Part shown: piece after piece, positions 53,976 to 63,932 of the stretch
Numbering within the stretch: position 1 is the first letter of the stretch
Layout: each line of letters starts with the position of its first letter
DNA from: Candidatus Kapaibacterium sp.
Lineage (GTDB): Bacteria; Bacteroidota; Ignavibacteria; Palsa-1295
Reading direction: 5' to 3'
Length of the DNA: 64,000 bases
Assembly: GCA_046590205.1 (NCBI GenBank)
Contig: JBKJTT010000088.1
Location: forward strand, 733-64,732
The notes under the pieces: model-generated
The model's database searches: none
Seen by the model: only the letters and a program-made list of their open reading frames with translations
Told to the model about the DNA's origin: nothing
Translations under genes and position numbers: made by a program

Positions 53976-56294
53976 TTAAAATTTTACTTGAATTCCAAAT
54001 GTAGGGAGTATCGGCAGAAGGCGCACATCTTCGCTAATAGGTGGCTCTGAGTCTGTATCAACCCGACGGAACCACACATTCCGATGATTATAAACATTAT
54101 AAATATCAATATTAAACTCTGCATTTTTCTCGTCGCTAAAAAGCGAAAAGGAATAGGTTGCAGAGAGATCGAGGCGATGATATGGTTCTAAACGTAAACC
54201 ATTTTTTGAACCCTGAATAGTAACAAGCTTTCCGTCGTAATCGGGCTCACCTGCATTGTAAAGTGCCGTTGTTTGTGAGTATGATTGTCCCGTCGCATAG
54301 ACGAAGGTACTACCAACCGTCCACCTATCACTAAGTTTATACGTCATCACAAGATTCATATCATTGCGTCTGTCGTAAACAGGCGGGAATGTCTTGCCAT
54401 TATTGATGTCGGGGAAGGTACGTTTATTGAAAGCAAGAGTGTACCCGAACCAGCCAGTAAGATCACCGATCTGTTTTTGTAGAAAGAACTCTATTCCATA
54501 CGAATACCCGGTTCCAACAAAAAAAATATCTTGAAGTGAACTACCTGTTACGATCTGTGGCCGTAACTCGACGAGGTTCGTCATATTTTTGTAATAGGTC
54601 TCGACTTCAAAGGTAAAACCCTCGAAAGGTACTGTTGATACTCCAAGAACGTACTGGTCAGCACGTGAGGCACTCTGTGTTGAATCAACAGGCAGCCAAA
54701 TATCAAATGCTGTAAAAAGAGGATTTGATGCCAGCTTCAAATATTGATGATAAATACCCCAACTTGCCTTGAGAGTTACATCTTCATTCAAAATATATCG
54801 AGCGGATACACGAGGATCAATGCCTATATCCCCATTCGATGTGATACCGTCGAAACGAAGCCCAGCAGTTACCGCCCAACGTTCGTCAGGTTTCCATTCA
54901 TCGGAGATATACCCTGCAATGTAGTAAGGATCAACCTTTATATCAGCATTTGGTGGGTTATCTGCCGAAGATATCTTTAAGCGGAAATCATATTTTGATA
55001 GTTGAAAGCCAGTTTTGATAAGATTGTTTTCGTCGGAAAAATATTCAAGATCACCTTTGAGTGAAAAGTCAAATATCTGATTATCGAAGACAAAACTGTT
55101 ATCCCCGATACCAAACTGTAAAAGCGAGTAGTAATGACTTCCGTTAAAGGAAAATTTACTAAAGAGCTTTTCATTGAATAGATGGGTCCATGCGGCAGTA
55201 CCCGCTTCATTTCCCCAGTCAATGTCAACACTTGAGGCAGCACCACCATTCTCGAAGAGTAGTTTGTCTTTACCACCGTAGCCGGATACGTATATCTTAT
55301 CTTGCTGGCCAAGAGTTTGTGTGAACTTACCATTTAGGTCATAAAAATAATATTTTGGAAGCTCAAGTTCTTTCTGCAACCCTGTTACACTTAGTATTGC
55401 ATCTATGTATGTGCGGCGAGCAGAAAGAGTGAGAGCACCATCACCTATAGGTGTTTCTATTGTGCCGCGGCTTGAGATAAGCCCCAGCGAAAGTTTACCT
55501 CGTGTTCGATAGAGGTCTCCATCTTTATTCGTTACATTGATAACAGCAGAAAGACGGCCACCAAACTGTGCGGGATATCCTCCTTTGATCAGGTCAACGT
55601 CTTTAATGGCGTCGCTATTAAATGTCGAGAAAAATCCGAAGAAGTGATTTGGATTGTACAATGTTGAGCCGTCCAGCAAAATAAGGTTCTGATCTGGTGA
55701 GCCACCACGGACATAGAGCCCGGCAGATATTTCGCTGATTGTCTGAATGCCAGGAATAAGTTGAAGGATACGGAACAGATCTTGCTCGCCGGCTTTTGGT
55801 ATCGAGGCAACTTGAGCGGGTTGGATATTCACTCTTGAGACTTGTGTCGCTTCGCGCTGTTCTTTTTCTTTATCCGTCTGAACGACAACTTCCTGCCCTT
55901 GAACTTTTGACTCGTTCATAAGGATATTCTCGTTTCTTTTTTCATCAGCACGTAGCGTATAGGCTCGAGACGTAGGAGTATATCCAACGGAAGTTATATC
56001 AACGATTACTTCACGCCCTGCCGGAACATAAAGCGCAAAGTAGCCGCTTTTATTCGTAACTGCACCGCGTTTCAAGTTTCGGATACGAAGCGTCGCACCG
56101 ATGATGGTCTCACCGGATGCAGAATCTTTCACATAACCGGATATTATTCCATCAAGAGAATCTGGGAGTACATTTTTTGTCTCAGTTGTGAGGAGCTTAC
56201 CTTCACGAGGACGTGCAGTGCTTGTGATAGCGGTGCAAAGTATAACTAAACCAAAAAGTACCCATCTGGTGAAGGAGAAAATATGTGAGTCCAT
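53976..56294 (-). CDS. TonB-dependent receptor with N-terminal carboxypeptidase-regulatory-like domain
   Basis: SGYVKDSASGETIIGATLRIRNLKRGAVTNKSGYFAL (CarbopepD_reg); plug domain ...LIPGIQTISEISAGLYVRGGSPDQNLILLDGSTLYNPNHFFGFFSTFN; 22-strand barrel; C-terminal ...FGIQVKF. Confidence 0.88.
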   Translation of the reverse strand: MDSHIFSFTRWVLFGLVILCTAITSTARPREGKLLTTETKNVLPDSLDGIISGYVKDSASGETIIGATLRIRNLKRGAVTNKSGYFALYVPAGREVIVDITSVGYTPTSRAYTLRADEKRNENILMNESKVQGQEVVVQTDKEKEQREATQVSRVNIQPAQVASIPKAGEQDLFRILQLIPGIQTISEISAGLYVRGGSPDQNLILLDGSTLYNPNHFFGFFSTFNSDAIKDVDLIKGGYPAQFGGRLSAVINVTNKDGDLYRTRGKLSLGLISSRGTIETPIGDGALTLSARRTYIDAILSVTGLQKELELPKYYFYDLNGKFTQTLGQQDKIYVSGYGGKDKLLFENGGAASSVDIDWGNEAGTAAWTHLFNEKLFSKFSFNGSHYYSLLQFGIGDNSFVFDNQIFDFSLKGDLEYFSDENNLIKTGFQLSKYDFRLKISSADNPPNADIKVDPYYIAGYISDEWKPDERWAVTAGLRFDGITSNGDIGIDPRVSARYILNEDVTLKASWGIYHQYLKLASNPLFTAFDIWLPVDSTQSASRADQYVLGVSTVPFEGFTFEVETYYKNMTNLVELRPQIVTGSSLQDIFFVGTGYSYGIEFFLQKQIGDLTGWFGYTLAFNKRTFPDINNGKTFPPVYDRRNDMNLVMTYKLSDRWTVGSTFVYATGQSYSQTTALYNAGEPDYDGKLVTIQGSKNGLRLEPYHRLDLSATYSFSLFSDEKNAEFNIDIYNVYNHRNVWFRRVDTDSEPPISEDVRLLPILPTFGIQVKF

Positions 56295-56500
56295 GTATGT
56301 AACTTCAGAACTTAAAGATAGAACATATTCGTATCGAGGTAGGTCATGTTTTTTTCTTCCATGATGACTGGTTCGTCGAACGGATAGAGTAGCCAGCTTT
56401 TATTTAGAATATCAATAATAAACATATGAGTTGTATATAGAATTTTAATTTGCGGTATTAGACTCAAAACTGCAACTACTTGTTTCAAAAAAACAATAAT

Positions 56501-57964
56501 TTATTGCAGTATAGGGAGTAATGCGGCGGGCTGTTCTATCCCTGCATGTTCAGATTCCGATACGCTTGATATGACAAGCGGGGTAAGGTCATAGAGGACT
56601 TCGCCTCTGTCCTGTGAGGTATGCTTCTCTCGGTTTGGCGAACTCTTAACGTCGGTAAGTTCTCCGATGAGTGTTGCCGAGTTAGAACGGAGGATTCTGA
56701 CATTGCGATATTCGCCGACTTCTGCATCAATACGTGGGAAGACGACCATCTTGTTTGAATCGGTTCTGCCTTTCCAATCATCTACATTCTTCTTTGAGCG
56801 ACCTTCGACCAAAATGGTATGCTCTTTGCCGATTTCCGTCAAATTCTTTCGTGCAGATATTTCATTTTGCATAGAAATTATCTCGGCAAGACGGCGAGAC
56901 TTCTCTTCATCCGGTACATCATCTGCAAGTGTATCGTATGCCTTTGTATTCGGGCGAGGTGAGTAGTTAAACATATATGCGCCTTCATACTCAACTTCTC
57001 GCATGATCTGCTTTGTCATCTCATGGTCTTCGAGCGTTTCGGAGCAGAAGCCGACGATGATGTCTGTTGAAAGCGCCGCTTCGGGCATTGCCTTCTTTAT
57101 CATCTCGACGATGGACATATAGTGAGCACTTGTGTAAGTGCGGTTCATCAACTTCAAGATACGGTCGGAGCCGGATTGAAGAGGGAGGTGGATATACTTG
57201 CAAATGTTATCATAGCTTGCCATTGTATCGGTAAGCTTTTGGTCGAAGTCTTGTGGGTGGCTTGTCGTATAACGGAGGCGAACAGTTGGTACTGCCTTCG
57301 CACATGCTTCGAGCAAGTCTGAAAAATCTTTTCCTTCATCTTCGAAGGAATTCACATTCTGACCAAGAAGCGTAATCTCACGGAATCCCTGTTGCTCAAG
57401 CTGTTTGCATTCATCGGCGACGGATTGAATGCTTCTTGAACGTTCTCGTCCTCTTGTGAATGGTACGACGCAGAACGTACAGAACTTATCACATCCTCTC
57501 ATTACAGAGATAAATGCGCTAATTCCTTCTGCACGGAAGGGGACAATGTCCTCGTATGTTTCGGTACGGGATAGTTTGACCGCTATGCCGCTCTCACCAG
57601 ATGAACGGGTAGAATCTATGAGTGCTGGAAGTTTGCGGTACTCATCGGGTCCGACAACAAGGTCAACGATGTTATGAGAGGACTGGAGGAGGTCTTTGCG
57701 GAGATGTTCTGCCATACAACCTAAGACGCCCATTACAAGGTCAGGGTTGCGGCGTTTGATGCCTTTCCAGTGATCAAGGCGGTTCCAAATCTTCTCTTCG
57801 GCATTCTCACGGATGGCACAGGTATTCATGAATGCAAGGTCTGCCTCATCGAGCGAAACCGTCGGTTCATAGCCGGACTGTTTCAGCACCGAAAGGACGA
57901 CTTCCGTATCTGCCACGTTCATTTGGCAGCCATACGTCTCAATATATACCTTTTTTCCCGACAT
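56501..57964 (-). CDS. miaB: tRNA-2-methylthio-N6-dimethylallyladenosine synthase (radical-SAM methylthiotransferase)
   Basis: MTTase N-terminal domain YIETYGCQMNVADTE...NTCAIRE; radical-SAM CDKFCTFCVVPFTRGRERS; C-terminal TRAM domain. Confidence 0.9.
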   Translation of the reverse strand: MSGKKVYIETYGCQMNVADTEVVLSVLKQSGYEPTVSLDEADLAFMNTCAIRENAEEKIWNRLDHWKGIKRRNPDLVMGVLGCMAEHLRKDLLQSSHNIVDLVVGPDEYRKLPALIDSTRSSGESGIAVKLSRTETYEDIVPFRAEGISAFISVMRGCDKFCTFCVVPFTRGRERSRSIQSVADECKQLEQQGFREITLLGQNVNSFEDEGKDFSDLLEACAKAVPTVRLRYTTSHPQDFDQKLTDTMASYDNICKYIHLPLQSGSDRILKLMNRTYTSAHYMSIVEMIKKAMPEAALSTDIIVGFCSETLEDHEMTKQIMREVEYEGAYMFNYSPRPNTKAYDTLADDVPDEEKSRRLAEIISMQNEISARKNLTEIGKEHTILVEGRSKKNVDDWKGRTDSNKMVVFPRIDAEVGEYRNVRILRSNSATLIGELTDVKSSPNREKHTSQDRGEVLYDLTPLVISSVSESEHAGIEQPAALLPILQ

Positions 57965-57970
57965 GAACCC

Positions 57971-58570
57971 CTATAACGGATTAACAGCGGCAGGGGTTCG
58001 CGTATCGTCTTCGACTTCCAAGTCCTTCCAAACCGGTGTGAATATCCTCGTGCTACTCTTACCGATACTTGTAATGACCAAGTCATCAGTTGCGGGACCT
58101 TCGGGATGATACTTCAATAACGTATCACATCCTATTACAACCTGTAAGTACTTCTCATCATTATAGAGATTAACAAAGACGACGTTATCATTATTGAAAT
58201 CGGGTGACTTTAAACTTGAGAGATTCTTCTCGTCTTTATCTGCCGAAACATACTTATCAGAGACACTTACGACGACACCGGAATCTATCAATGTCTCTTC
58301 AACTCGTGAGCGAGCAAGGATGCGGAAACCCTCGCCGCTTTTGATTTGGGCATAGAAAGAGATAGAGTATTGCGTTGCTGTGGGTAGTTCGAGAGCTACA
58401 CAGCCATTCTCACAAATGTCAAAATACTTTTCTTCAACATGCACGGTCTCAAGTGAAGAGTGTATCCTACCTTTGAGGTTAGTGTGCCCAAGCATCTTAA
58501 ATCGGTATGGATCACATCCGTTTAAGAGAAATATGAGCGATATAATGAAGAACTTCCTCATTGCGGCCAC
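57971..58570 (-). CDS. Hypothetical lipoprotein
   Basis: Signal peptide (MAAM)RKFFIISLIFLLNGCDP; an alternative start at M4 (58561) abuts the upstream stop. Confidence 0.62.
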   Translation of the reverse strand: MAAMRKFFIISLIFLLNGCDPYRFKMLGHTNLKGRIHSSLETVHVEEKYFDICENGCVALELPTATQYSISFYAQIKSGEGFRILARSRVEETLIDSGVVVSVSDKYVSADKDEKNLSSLKSPDFNNDNVVFVNLYNDEKYLQVVIGCDTLLKYHPEGPATDDLVITSIGKSSTRIFTPVWKDLEVEDDTRTPAAVNPL

Positions 58571-59988
58571 GCTTCCATTTCTTTTACTCGTTCGGGTGTG
58601 AAGTAACGGTCGAAGATGCCTATCGTAAAGCCAAAATAGAACGTATTAAATTCGGTTAGCGATTTTGCGTAGTTGTTGTTAATTTCACTAAATGCAGCGG
58701 GTAGATACGCACCGGGTGATCCGGATACATATCCAACCGTGAATCCCATGGTAAAGCCATTGAACATGTTCAACTTTAACTTCGTCGAGATGTTTACCAT
58801 TTGAGAGGGGTAATAGCTTAGTTCTATTTGTGGCTCGACTGTCAAATCTTCAGCGAAGAGATACTCTCTGTATCCAAACCGTAACGGCAGTACGCTAAAT
58901 CCTTGTTGGTTGTATCCTGGTGCAAACAACTTGAAAAGCGTTGTGCCAGCCCAAAATTTTCCGTTGAACAGATTATTCAGAGGAAAGTGAGCTGTTGCAA
59001 GTTCAAGCGTTACTCCTGTCAGAGGTATCTTAAATGTCGTTGTATCAAAGAGATTTGGATAGCCCGCAGTAGCGTACATGGGCTCGATATTCAAGACGTT
59101 AATCTCAACGGCAGAGTGGGCATAGTCTTTCCACTCTCGAACAAGATCGGCAGGTTTATTGATAAAGTCAAGTGCGCTTACTCCAAGACCAATATATGGA
59201 GTGGTAATCGTTGGTAAGGCCTCACCTCCTATTGACCGATAGAACTGCCAAGTAAAGCCATAAGCAACACCTGCATAGGCACGTAAGTTAAACCCGCCAT
59301 ACGAACCAAGCGTGAGTTCACCACCGAGATTGATATATGTCGATGGAACAGCACTAATACCAACGAAGGGTGAGAAGATAAGAAATGGCTTTATGTCACG
59401 GAGCCAAAAACGTTTGCGAATATAGAGGTTCGCGCCGATACTTGTAAGGAATTTATTTTCGTCGTCATTCTGTGCGATGTTCTCATAAGCACTCATGCCC
59501 CATGTCCAGTCAGGTGCATCGTTAAACCAGCGTAGTCGATATTCCATAGGTATGATGCGTAAAATATGCCCTTGGAAAAATGTCTTTTCTTTCTCTCCAA
59601 TAAGATTGTTGAACATACTTGAATCAAAGAGAGAATAGACGCCAAGGATACCTGCACCATGCCCCGGTCCCGGAGCACCTGTATGCGTTGATGCAAACTC
59701 AAGTCCGCCGAAGCGAAGGAATGCGGGGTAGCTTCGGTCATAGGATGAGTCATGCGACATTGTCTCGCGATAGATTCGTCGTGTTTTTGACGAAGGAAAG
59801 ACAACACCGTTATCTTCCGATGAGCCGGGGTTATTTCGTATCTGCTCGTTAATGGTTGTATCACGAGTCGTGATGGTATAATGGTCGGTTTCTGTTCTGG
59901 TTATTTGATACGGAACAGAGCCTGAGCATCCAATAATGGATAAACCAACTACAAATAGACAAATCCATAGATATAGTTTAGATGTCAT
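58558..59988 (-). CDS. Hypothetical lipoprotein / outer-membrane beta-barrel-like protein
   Basis: Signal peptide plus Cys (LWICLFVVGLSIIGCSGS); C-terminal two thirds rich in alternating aromatic/Gly beta-strand patterns (GFNLRAYAGVAYGFTWQFY, FGFTIGIF). Confidence 0.68.
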   Translation of the reverse strand: MTSKLYLWICLFVVGLSIIGCSGSVPYQITRTETDHYTITTRDTTINEQIRNNPGSSEDNGVVFPSSKTRRIYRETMSHDSSYDRSYPAFLRFGGLEFASTHTGAPGPGHGAGILGVYSLFDSSMFNNLIGEKEKTFFQGHILRIIPMEYRLRWFNDAPDWTWGMSAYENIAQNDDENKFLTSIGANLYIRKRFWLRDIKPFLIFSPFVGISAVPSTYINLGGELTLGSYGGFNLRAYAGVAYGFTWQFYRSIGGEALPTITTPYIGLGVSALDFINKPADLVREWKDYAHSAVEINVLNIEPMYATAGYPNLFDTTTFKIPLTGVTLELATAHFPLNNLFNGKFWAGTTLFKLFAPGYNQQGFSVLPLRFGYREYLFAEDLTVEPQIELSYYPSQMVNISTKLKLNMFNGFTMGFTVGYVSGSPGAYLPAAFSEINNNYAKSLTEFNTFYFGFTIGIFDRYFTPERVKEMEAWPQ

Positions 59989-59989
59989 A

Positions 59990-61735
59990 CTACTTTGACC
60001 TCTTGAACACTTTTACAAATTCAACACGCCGTAACCGCATACGATAGAGTTCATCATCCTCATTCTCTCGCATCGGAAGTGGTTCTTCTTCTCCTTTTGA
60101 AATGATGCGAAGTAATCTCTTTGGTACACCACGCTTGACAAGTTCTGATACAATGAACGAAGCCCGTCGCGAAGCAAGGTCTTTATTAAAAGCATTCGTC
60201 CCAAAGTAATCTGTATGACCGATGACTACTACCTCCTTCAATTCTTGTGTATAACTATTTATAGAAGTAGCTACAATATCCAGCATTATCTTCCACTGCT
60301 GCCCGGATTGCGAGCCATCATCATTTATAACAAAGTCATACGGATTGCTGTCATCGTTGAAAGGGAAGTTGATGCGAAGCAGTAACGTATCGGGGATGTT
60401 CAGTGTAGGAGCGGTGATAACCGGTCCTTGAACGTCACGAAGGTCAAGACGTTTGATGTCGTAGAACTGCTCCTTGGTTTCTGCACCGAGATCATACTCT
60501 TTGCCACGTGGTATGTTGATCGTATAATCACCTACTGAATCAGTCTTTTTTCTGCCCAGTTCTTTTTCTGTCTTTACATCTCGCCAGAAGACCGTAGCAT
60601 CAGTTGGAGATTTTGTAGTGTCTTTTGCAGAGCGTACTTTTCCCTTGACTGTAATAGGTGATGAATCAGCGGCAATAAGTGCTAAAGCGTCAAGACTTTC
60701 AGGGAAGACTCTCGTATCAGGCGGCGTCATGCTTTGTCGTGATGCATAAAGCTCTGCTTGCTTCGGAGTGAGCTTTGAACGCTTTAAGGAAAATATATTA
60801 AAGCCACCGTGCTCCGCCGCTCTATTGCTTGTAAAGTAGCAGAGCGAGTCGTTCGGGATAGAAGCCGAGAGTTCATCAAAAGCGGTGTTAATCGGTGTGC
60901 TTGCATTCTTTACGTCAGAGAATGATCCATTCACAAACTTTACTTGGAAGATGTCATAGCCACCAACAGTTTGATGTCCGTTCGATGAGAAGTAAAATTT
61001 TCCGTCATACGAGAAAGATGGGAAAAGCTCGTCGCAAGGTGTATTTATTGTCGAGGCGGAAGTAGGCTCATTCCAATTTGCTCCGAGTGAACTTCGTGAT
61101 GATGACCAAATATCCACTCCGCCCATTCCACCAGGTCTATCGCTTGTAAAAAAGAGAGTTTTACCATCGGGACTAAGAGCAGGTTGAGATTCAAATGTAT
61201 GAAGATGGTTTATTGCGATGATAGGTAGAATCTCTGTTAATGAGTTAGTGCTTTCATTATATGTCGCTGTATAAAGGTCGAAGTCCCCCGGTTCGTCATT
61301 TGGTGCTTTGGCGCTAAAATATAACTTACTATCCGCTCTACAGTATACAGGCGTACCATAGACAATAAGTGAATCATCTTCTATTACCTTTAGAGCTTTA
61401 TCAGAAATTTTATAGATGACTTGCGGATACCCTGCATAGACTCTTTCTCTATCAGAACTGACTAATGCAGTATTAGCATAATGAGATATAGCATACTCAT
61501 TGCGAGCAGAATTATATGGTTCAGGTAGTTCGTGAAGGGAATAGACGTAGTATCCGGGATACATAATTGCGGTATCAACACCTCCACCTTTATATGACGA
61601 TGGTTGGCAGAGTGTGAGATTTGGTTCGCAGTTGGATTGAGTCATGTTGATATTCGGTGCCGTACAGCCGAACAACTGCAAGAAAAAAACACTTGCAAGC
61701 AAAGCGAGGACGATCTTTTGACGAGTAAAGAACAA
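59990..61735 (-). CDS. OmpA-family peptidoglycan-binding protein with N-terminal TolB/PD40-like beta-propeller repeats
   Basis: Lipoprotein signal (LALLASVFFLQLFGCTAP); PD40-like repeats (PALSPDGKTLFFTSDRPGGMGGVDIW, PSFSYDGKFYFSSNGHQTVGGYDIF); C-terminal OmpA_C domain ...VVIGHTDYFGTNAFNKDLASRRASFIVSELVKRGV. Confidence 0.85.
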   Translation of the reverse strand: MFFTRQKIVLALLASVFFLQLFGCTAPNINMTQSNCEPNLTLCQPSSYKGGGVDTAIMYPGYYVYSLHELPEPYNSARNEYAISHYANTALVSSDRERVYAGYPQVIYKISDKALKVIEDDSLIVYGTPVYCRADSKLYFSAKAPNDEPGDFDLYTATYNESTNSLTEILPIIAINHLHTFESQPALSPDGKTLFFTSDRPGGMGGVDIWSSSRSSLGANWNEPTSASTINTPCDELFPSFSYDGKFYFSSNGHQTVGGYDIFQVKFVNGSFSDVKNASTPINTAFDELSASIPNDSLCYFTSNRAAEHGGFNIFSLKRSKLTPKQAELYASRQSMTPPDTRVFPESLDALALIAADSSPITVKGKVRSAKDTTKSPTDATVFWRDVKTEKELGRKKTDSVGDYTINIPRGKEYDLGAETKEQFYDIKRLDLRDVQGPVITAPTLNIPDTLLLRINFPFNDDSNPYDFVINDDGSQSGQQWKIMLDIVATSINSYTQELKEVVVIGHTDYFGTNAFNKDLASRRASFIVSELVKRGVPKRLLRIISKGEEEPLPMRENEDDELYRMRLRRVEFVKVFKRSK

Positions 61736-61738
61736 ACC

Positions 61739-62497
61739 TTATGCTATCTTTTTTGTAACCAGTGCAAACGGATCTCGCGTACCTACTGCTTCATACGTCC
61801 AGAACGGCTCACCGAACTCCGCCCCGATGATCATCCCATAGTGTCTGGCTCGCGCTTCGATCCATTCATAAAAACCCGATTGGGTTAAGAAAGTATCCTG
61901 TTCGTTTGCCGCATCAACTCGTTTCCCTGCCATTGATACACCTAACTGTGAGCTAAAGGCATTGACAGCTTTCATCCTATCTTGAAAAACTGGAGAGATG
62001 TCTATAATGACACTGGGGTCAAAGGTATAGGTTTGCATAAAGTGTAAGACAAGGAGTGGTCGGTATGGTTCTTGCAATGAGCCATCATCACCCTTTGTCT
62101 CTATCTTACGAAGACCAGCAAAGAATGTCGCTTGTTTGGCAAGCTCTGATGCTGCTTCATGGTCGGGGTGACGCTCTGAATGATGGGGTGTAAGTAAGAT
62201 GGTCGGACGAAGTTCACGAATAACCTTCACCAACCTATTGACATTTTCTTTTGAAATCTCGATGTTGCCATCAGGCAGACCAAGATTGCCACGCCAATCA
62301 AGCCCGAGAATTTTGGATGCTTCTTCTGTCTCTTTCGCACGAGACTCAAGATTCCCACGCGTCGAAAGCTCTGCATATGTAAGATCAAGTATTCCGGTGC
62401 GTTTCCCGAGCTTCTTTGCAAGCAGCATTGTCCCTGCGCAGGAAAGCTCTACGTCGTCAGGATGAGCGGCGATACCGAGTATATCAATTGGTTGCAC
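61739..62497 (-). CDS. PIG-L/LmbE-family N-acetylglucosaminyl deacetylase (BshB-like)
   Basis: LGIAAHPDDVELSCAGTML zinc-binding motif and HxxH-like ...TPHHSERHPDHEAA. Start assigned to an in-frame GTG (VQPIDILGIAAHPDD) because the motif sits at the extreme N-terminus in this family; the ORF-track ATG at 62551 would overlap the permease gene by 68 nt. Confidence 0.78.
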   Translation of the reverse strand: MQPIDILGIAAHPDDVELSCAGTMLLAKKLGKRTGILDLTYAELSTRGNLESRAKETEEASKILGLDWRGNLGLPDGNIEISKENVNRLVKVIRELRPTILLTPHHSERHPDHEAASELAKQATFFAGLRKIETKGDDGSLQEPYRPLLVLHFMQTYTFDPSVIIDISPVFQDRMKAVNAFSSQLGVSMAGKRVDAANEQDTFLTQSGFYEWIEARARHYGMIIGAEFGEPFWTYEAVGTRDPFALVTKKIA

Positions 62498-63932
62498 GGT
62501 CTTTATATTTCCAAAAATAATAAAATGGTAAACCCGATAAGACAAGTACAAGTCCCATCACACTTTGCAAAAATACTCTCTCGCCAGCATTGTATGCTTT
62601 AATGTCAGTAATAAGCGTCACAACAACATACAGTGTCGCAAAAATAATAAAGATAGCAGGTACATAGGGGTAACCGGGCACCTTAAAGGGTCTCTCTGCG
62701 TCAGGGTTGCGTTTACGTAAGACAAATACGCCAATTGCCATAAATACATAGAGCAGCCAGTTAACAAAAATATACATATCAAGTAATAAGCCAAATGATC
62801 CTGTAAAGACAAGGAATAATGCCCAAGCCGCTTGCATCATTAATGCGCCGTAAGGTGTTTGATATTTCGGATGCACTTTTGCCGCATGATGCGAAAATAA
62901 CTTCTTGGATGCCATTTGATAATAGACTCGTGCATTAGTTAAAATGCCGGAGTTCGTTGTGTCAAATGTTGAGAGCATTATCATTGCCGCAACAAGTGCT
63001 CCGCCGGCTCCACCAATAACTTTCGTGACCATTGCTGATGCTACCCTATCTCCTACCGCATTTGCTACTTCACCGATTGGTAGTATGAAAAAGTAGGCAA
63101 GGTTCATTAACAAATACAGAGTAATAAATGTGATCGTTGCAAGGATGATAGCTCTTGGTATTGTCTTTTGCGGCTCCTTAACTTCGCCGCCAATATACGA
63201 TACATTTCCCCAGCCGTCATACGACCAAAATGCTCCTGTTACTGCCGCAGCTATTGCTGTGATAAGTCCCCAACCTGATAACCCCATTCCTTCGGGTGTC
63301 ACACCTGACCAGTTGACGGTCGAGCCAACATGAGATCCAACGATAAAGGCAACAACAAGAACTGAGATGATAGCAATAACTTTGGCACTGGTTGAAATCG
63401 TTTGAAGCGTTGCCCCGACTTTCACTCCTCGGATATTGATATATGTCAAGAGTACTATAATAGAACCGGCGACAAGTTTTGCGCCAATATCATCGAATGG
63501 AAAAATATCTCCAAGTAATGGGATATGCATCGGTAGCTGTTCCCATTCAGCGGAGAGATGGGGAAGTGAGACGAACTCACCGAAGTAATTTGCGAAAATG
63601 ATAGCAATAGCTGCAATAGCACCGGACCCTGCAATCATAAAATTCGCCCATCCATAAAGGAAGCCAATCCGTTCACCATATATAGTATGGAAGTATTCGT
63701 AAAGTCCTCCGGTTCGCGGCATTTGCCCGATAAGTTCGCATTGGGTTAGTGCGCCGAAGAGAGTCAACCCCCCTGCAACAGCCCAGATGACAAGCAATGT
63801 CGTTGCATCGCCAAGGCCTCGTGCCATACCGGCAGGAGTGGCAAAGATGCCTGACCCGATAACAGCGCCAATGACGATTGCTGTTGTCGGAAAGAGAGTT
63901 AAGGCGCGTTTTAGTTTTGGTTTATGCTCCAT
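62484..63932 (-). CDS. APC-superfamily amino acid permease
   Basis: 12 TM helices; N-terminal LTLFPTTAIVIGAVIGSGIF...GGLYEY is typical of the amino acid/polyamine/organocation family. Confidence 0.88.
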   Translation of the reverse strand: MEHKPKLKRALTLFPTTAIVIGAVIGSGIFATPAGMARGLGDATTLLVIWAVAGGLTLFGALTQCELIGQMPRTGGLYEYFHTIYGERIGFLYGWANFMIAGSGAIAAIAIIFANYFGEFVSLPHLSAEWEQLPMHIPLLGDIFPFDDIGAKLVAGSIIVLLTYINIRGVKVGATLQTISTSAKVIAIISVLVVAFIVGSHVGSTVNWSGVTPEGMGLSGWGLITAIAAAVTGAFWSYDGWGNVSYIGGEVKEPQKTIPRAIILATITFITLYLLMNLAYFFILPIGEVANAVGDRVASAMVTKVIGGAGGALVAAMIMLSTFDTTNSGILTNARVYYQMASKKLFSHHAAKVHPKYQTPYGALMMQAAWALFLVFTGSFGLLLDMYIFVNWLLYVFMAIGVFVLRKRNPDAERPFKVPGYPYVPAIFIIFATLYVVVTLITDIKAYNAGERVFLQSVMGLVLVLSGLPFYYFWKYKDRATN

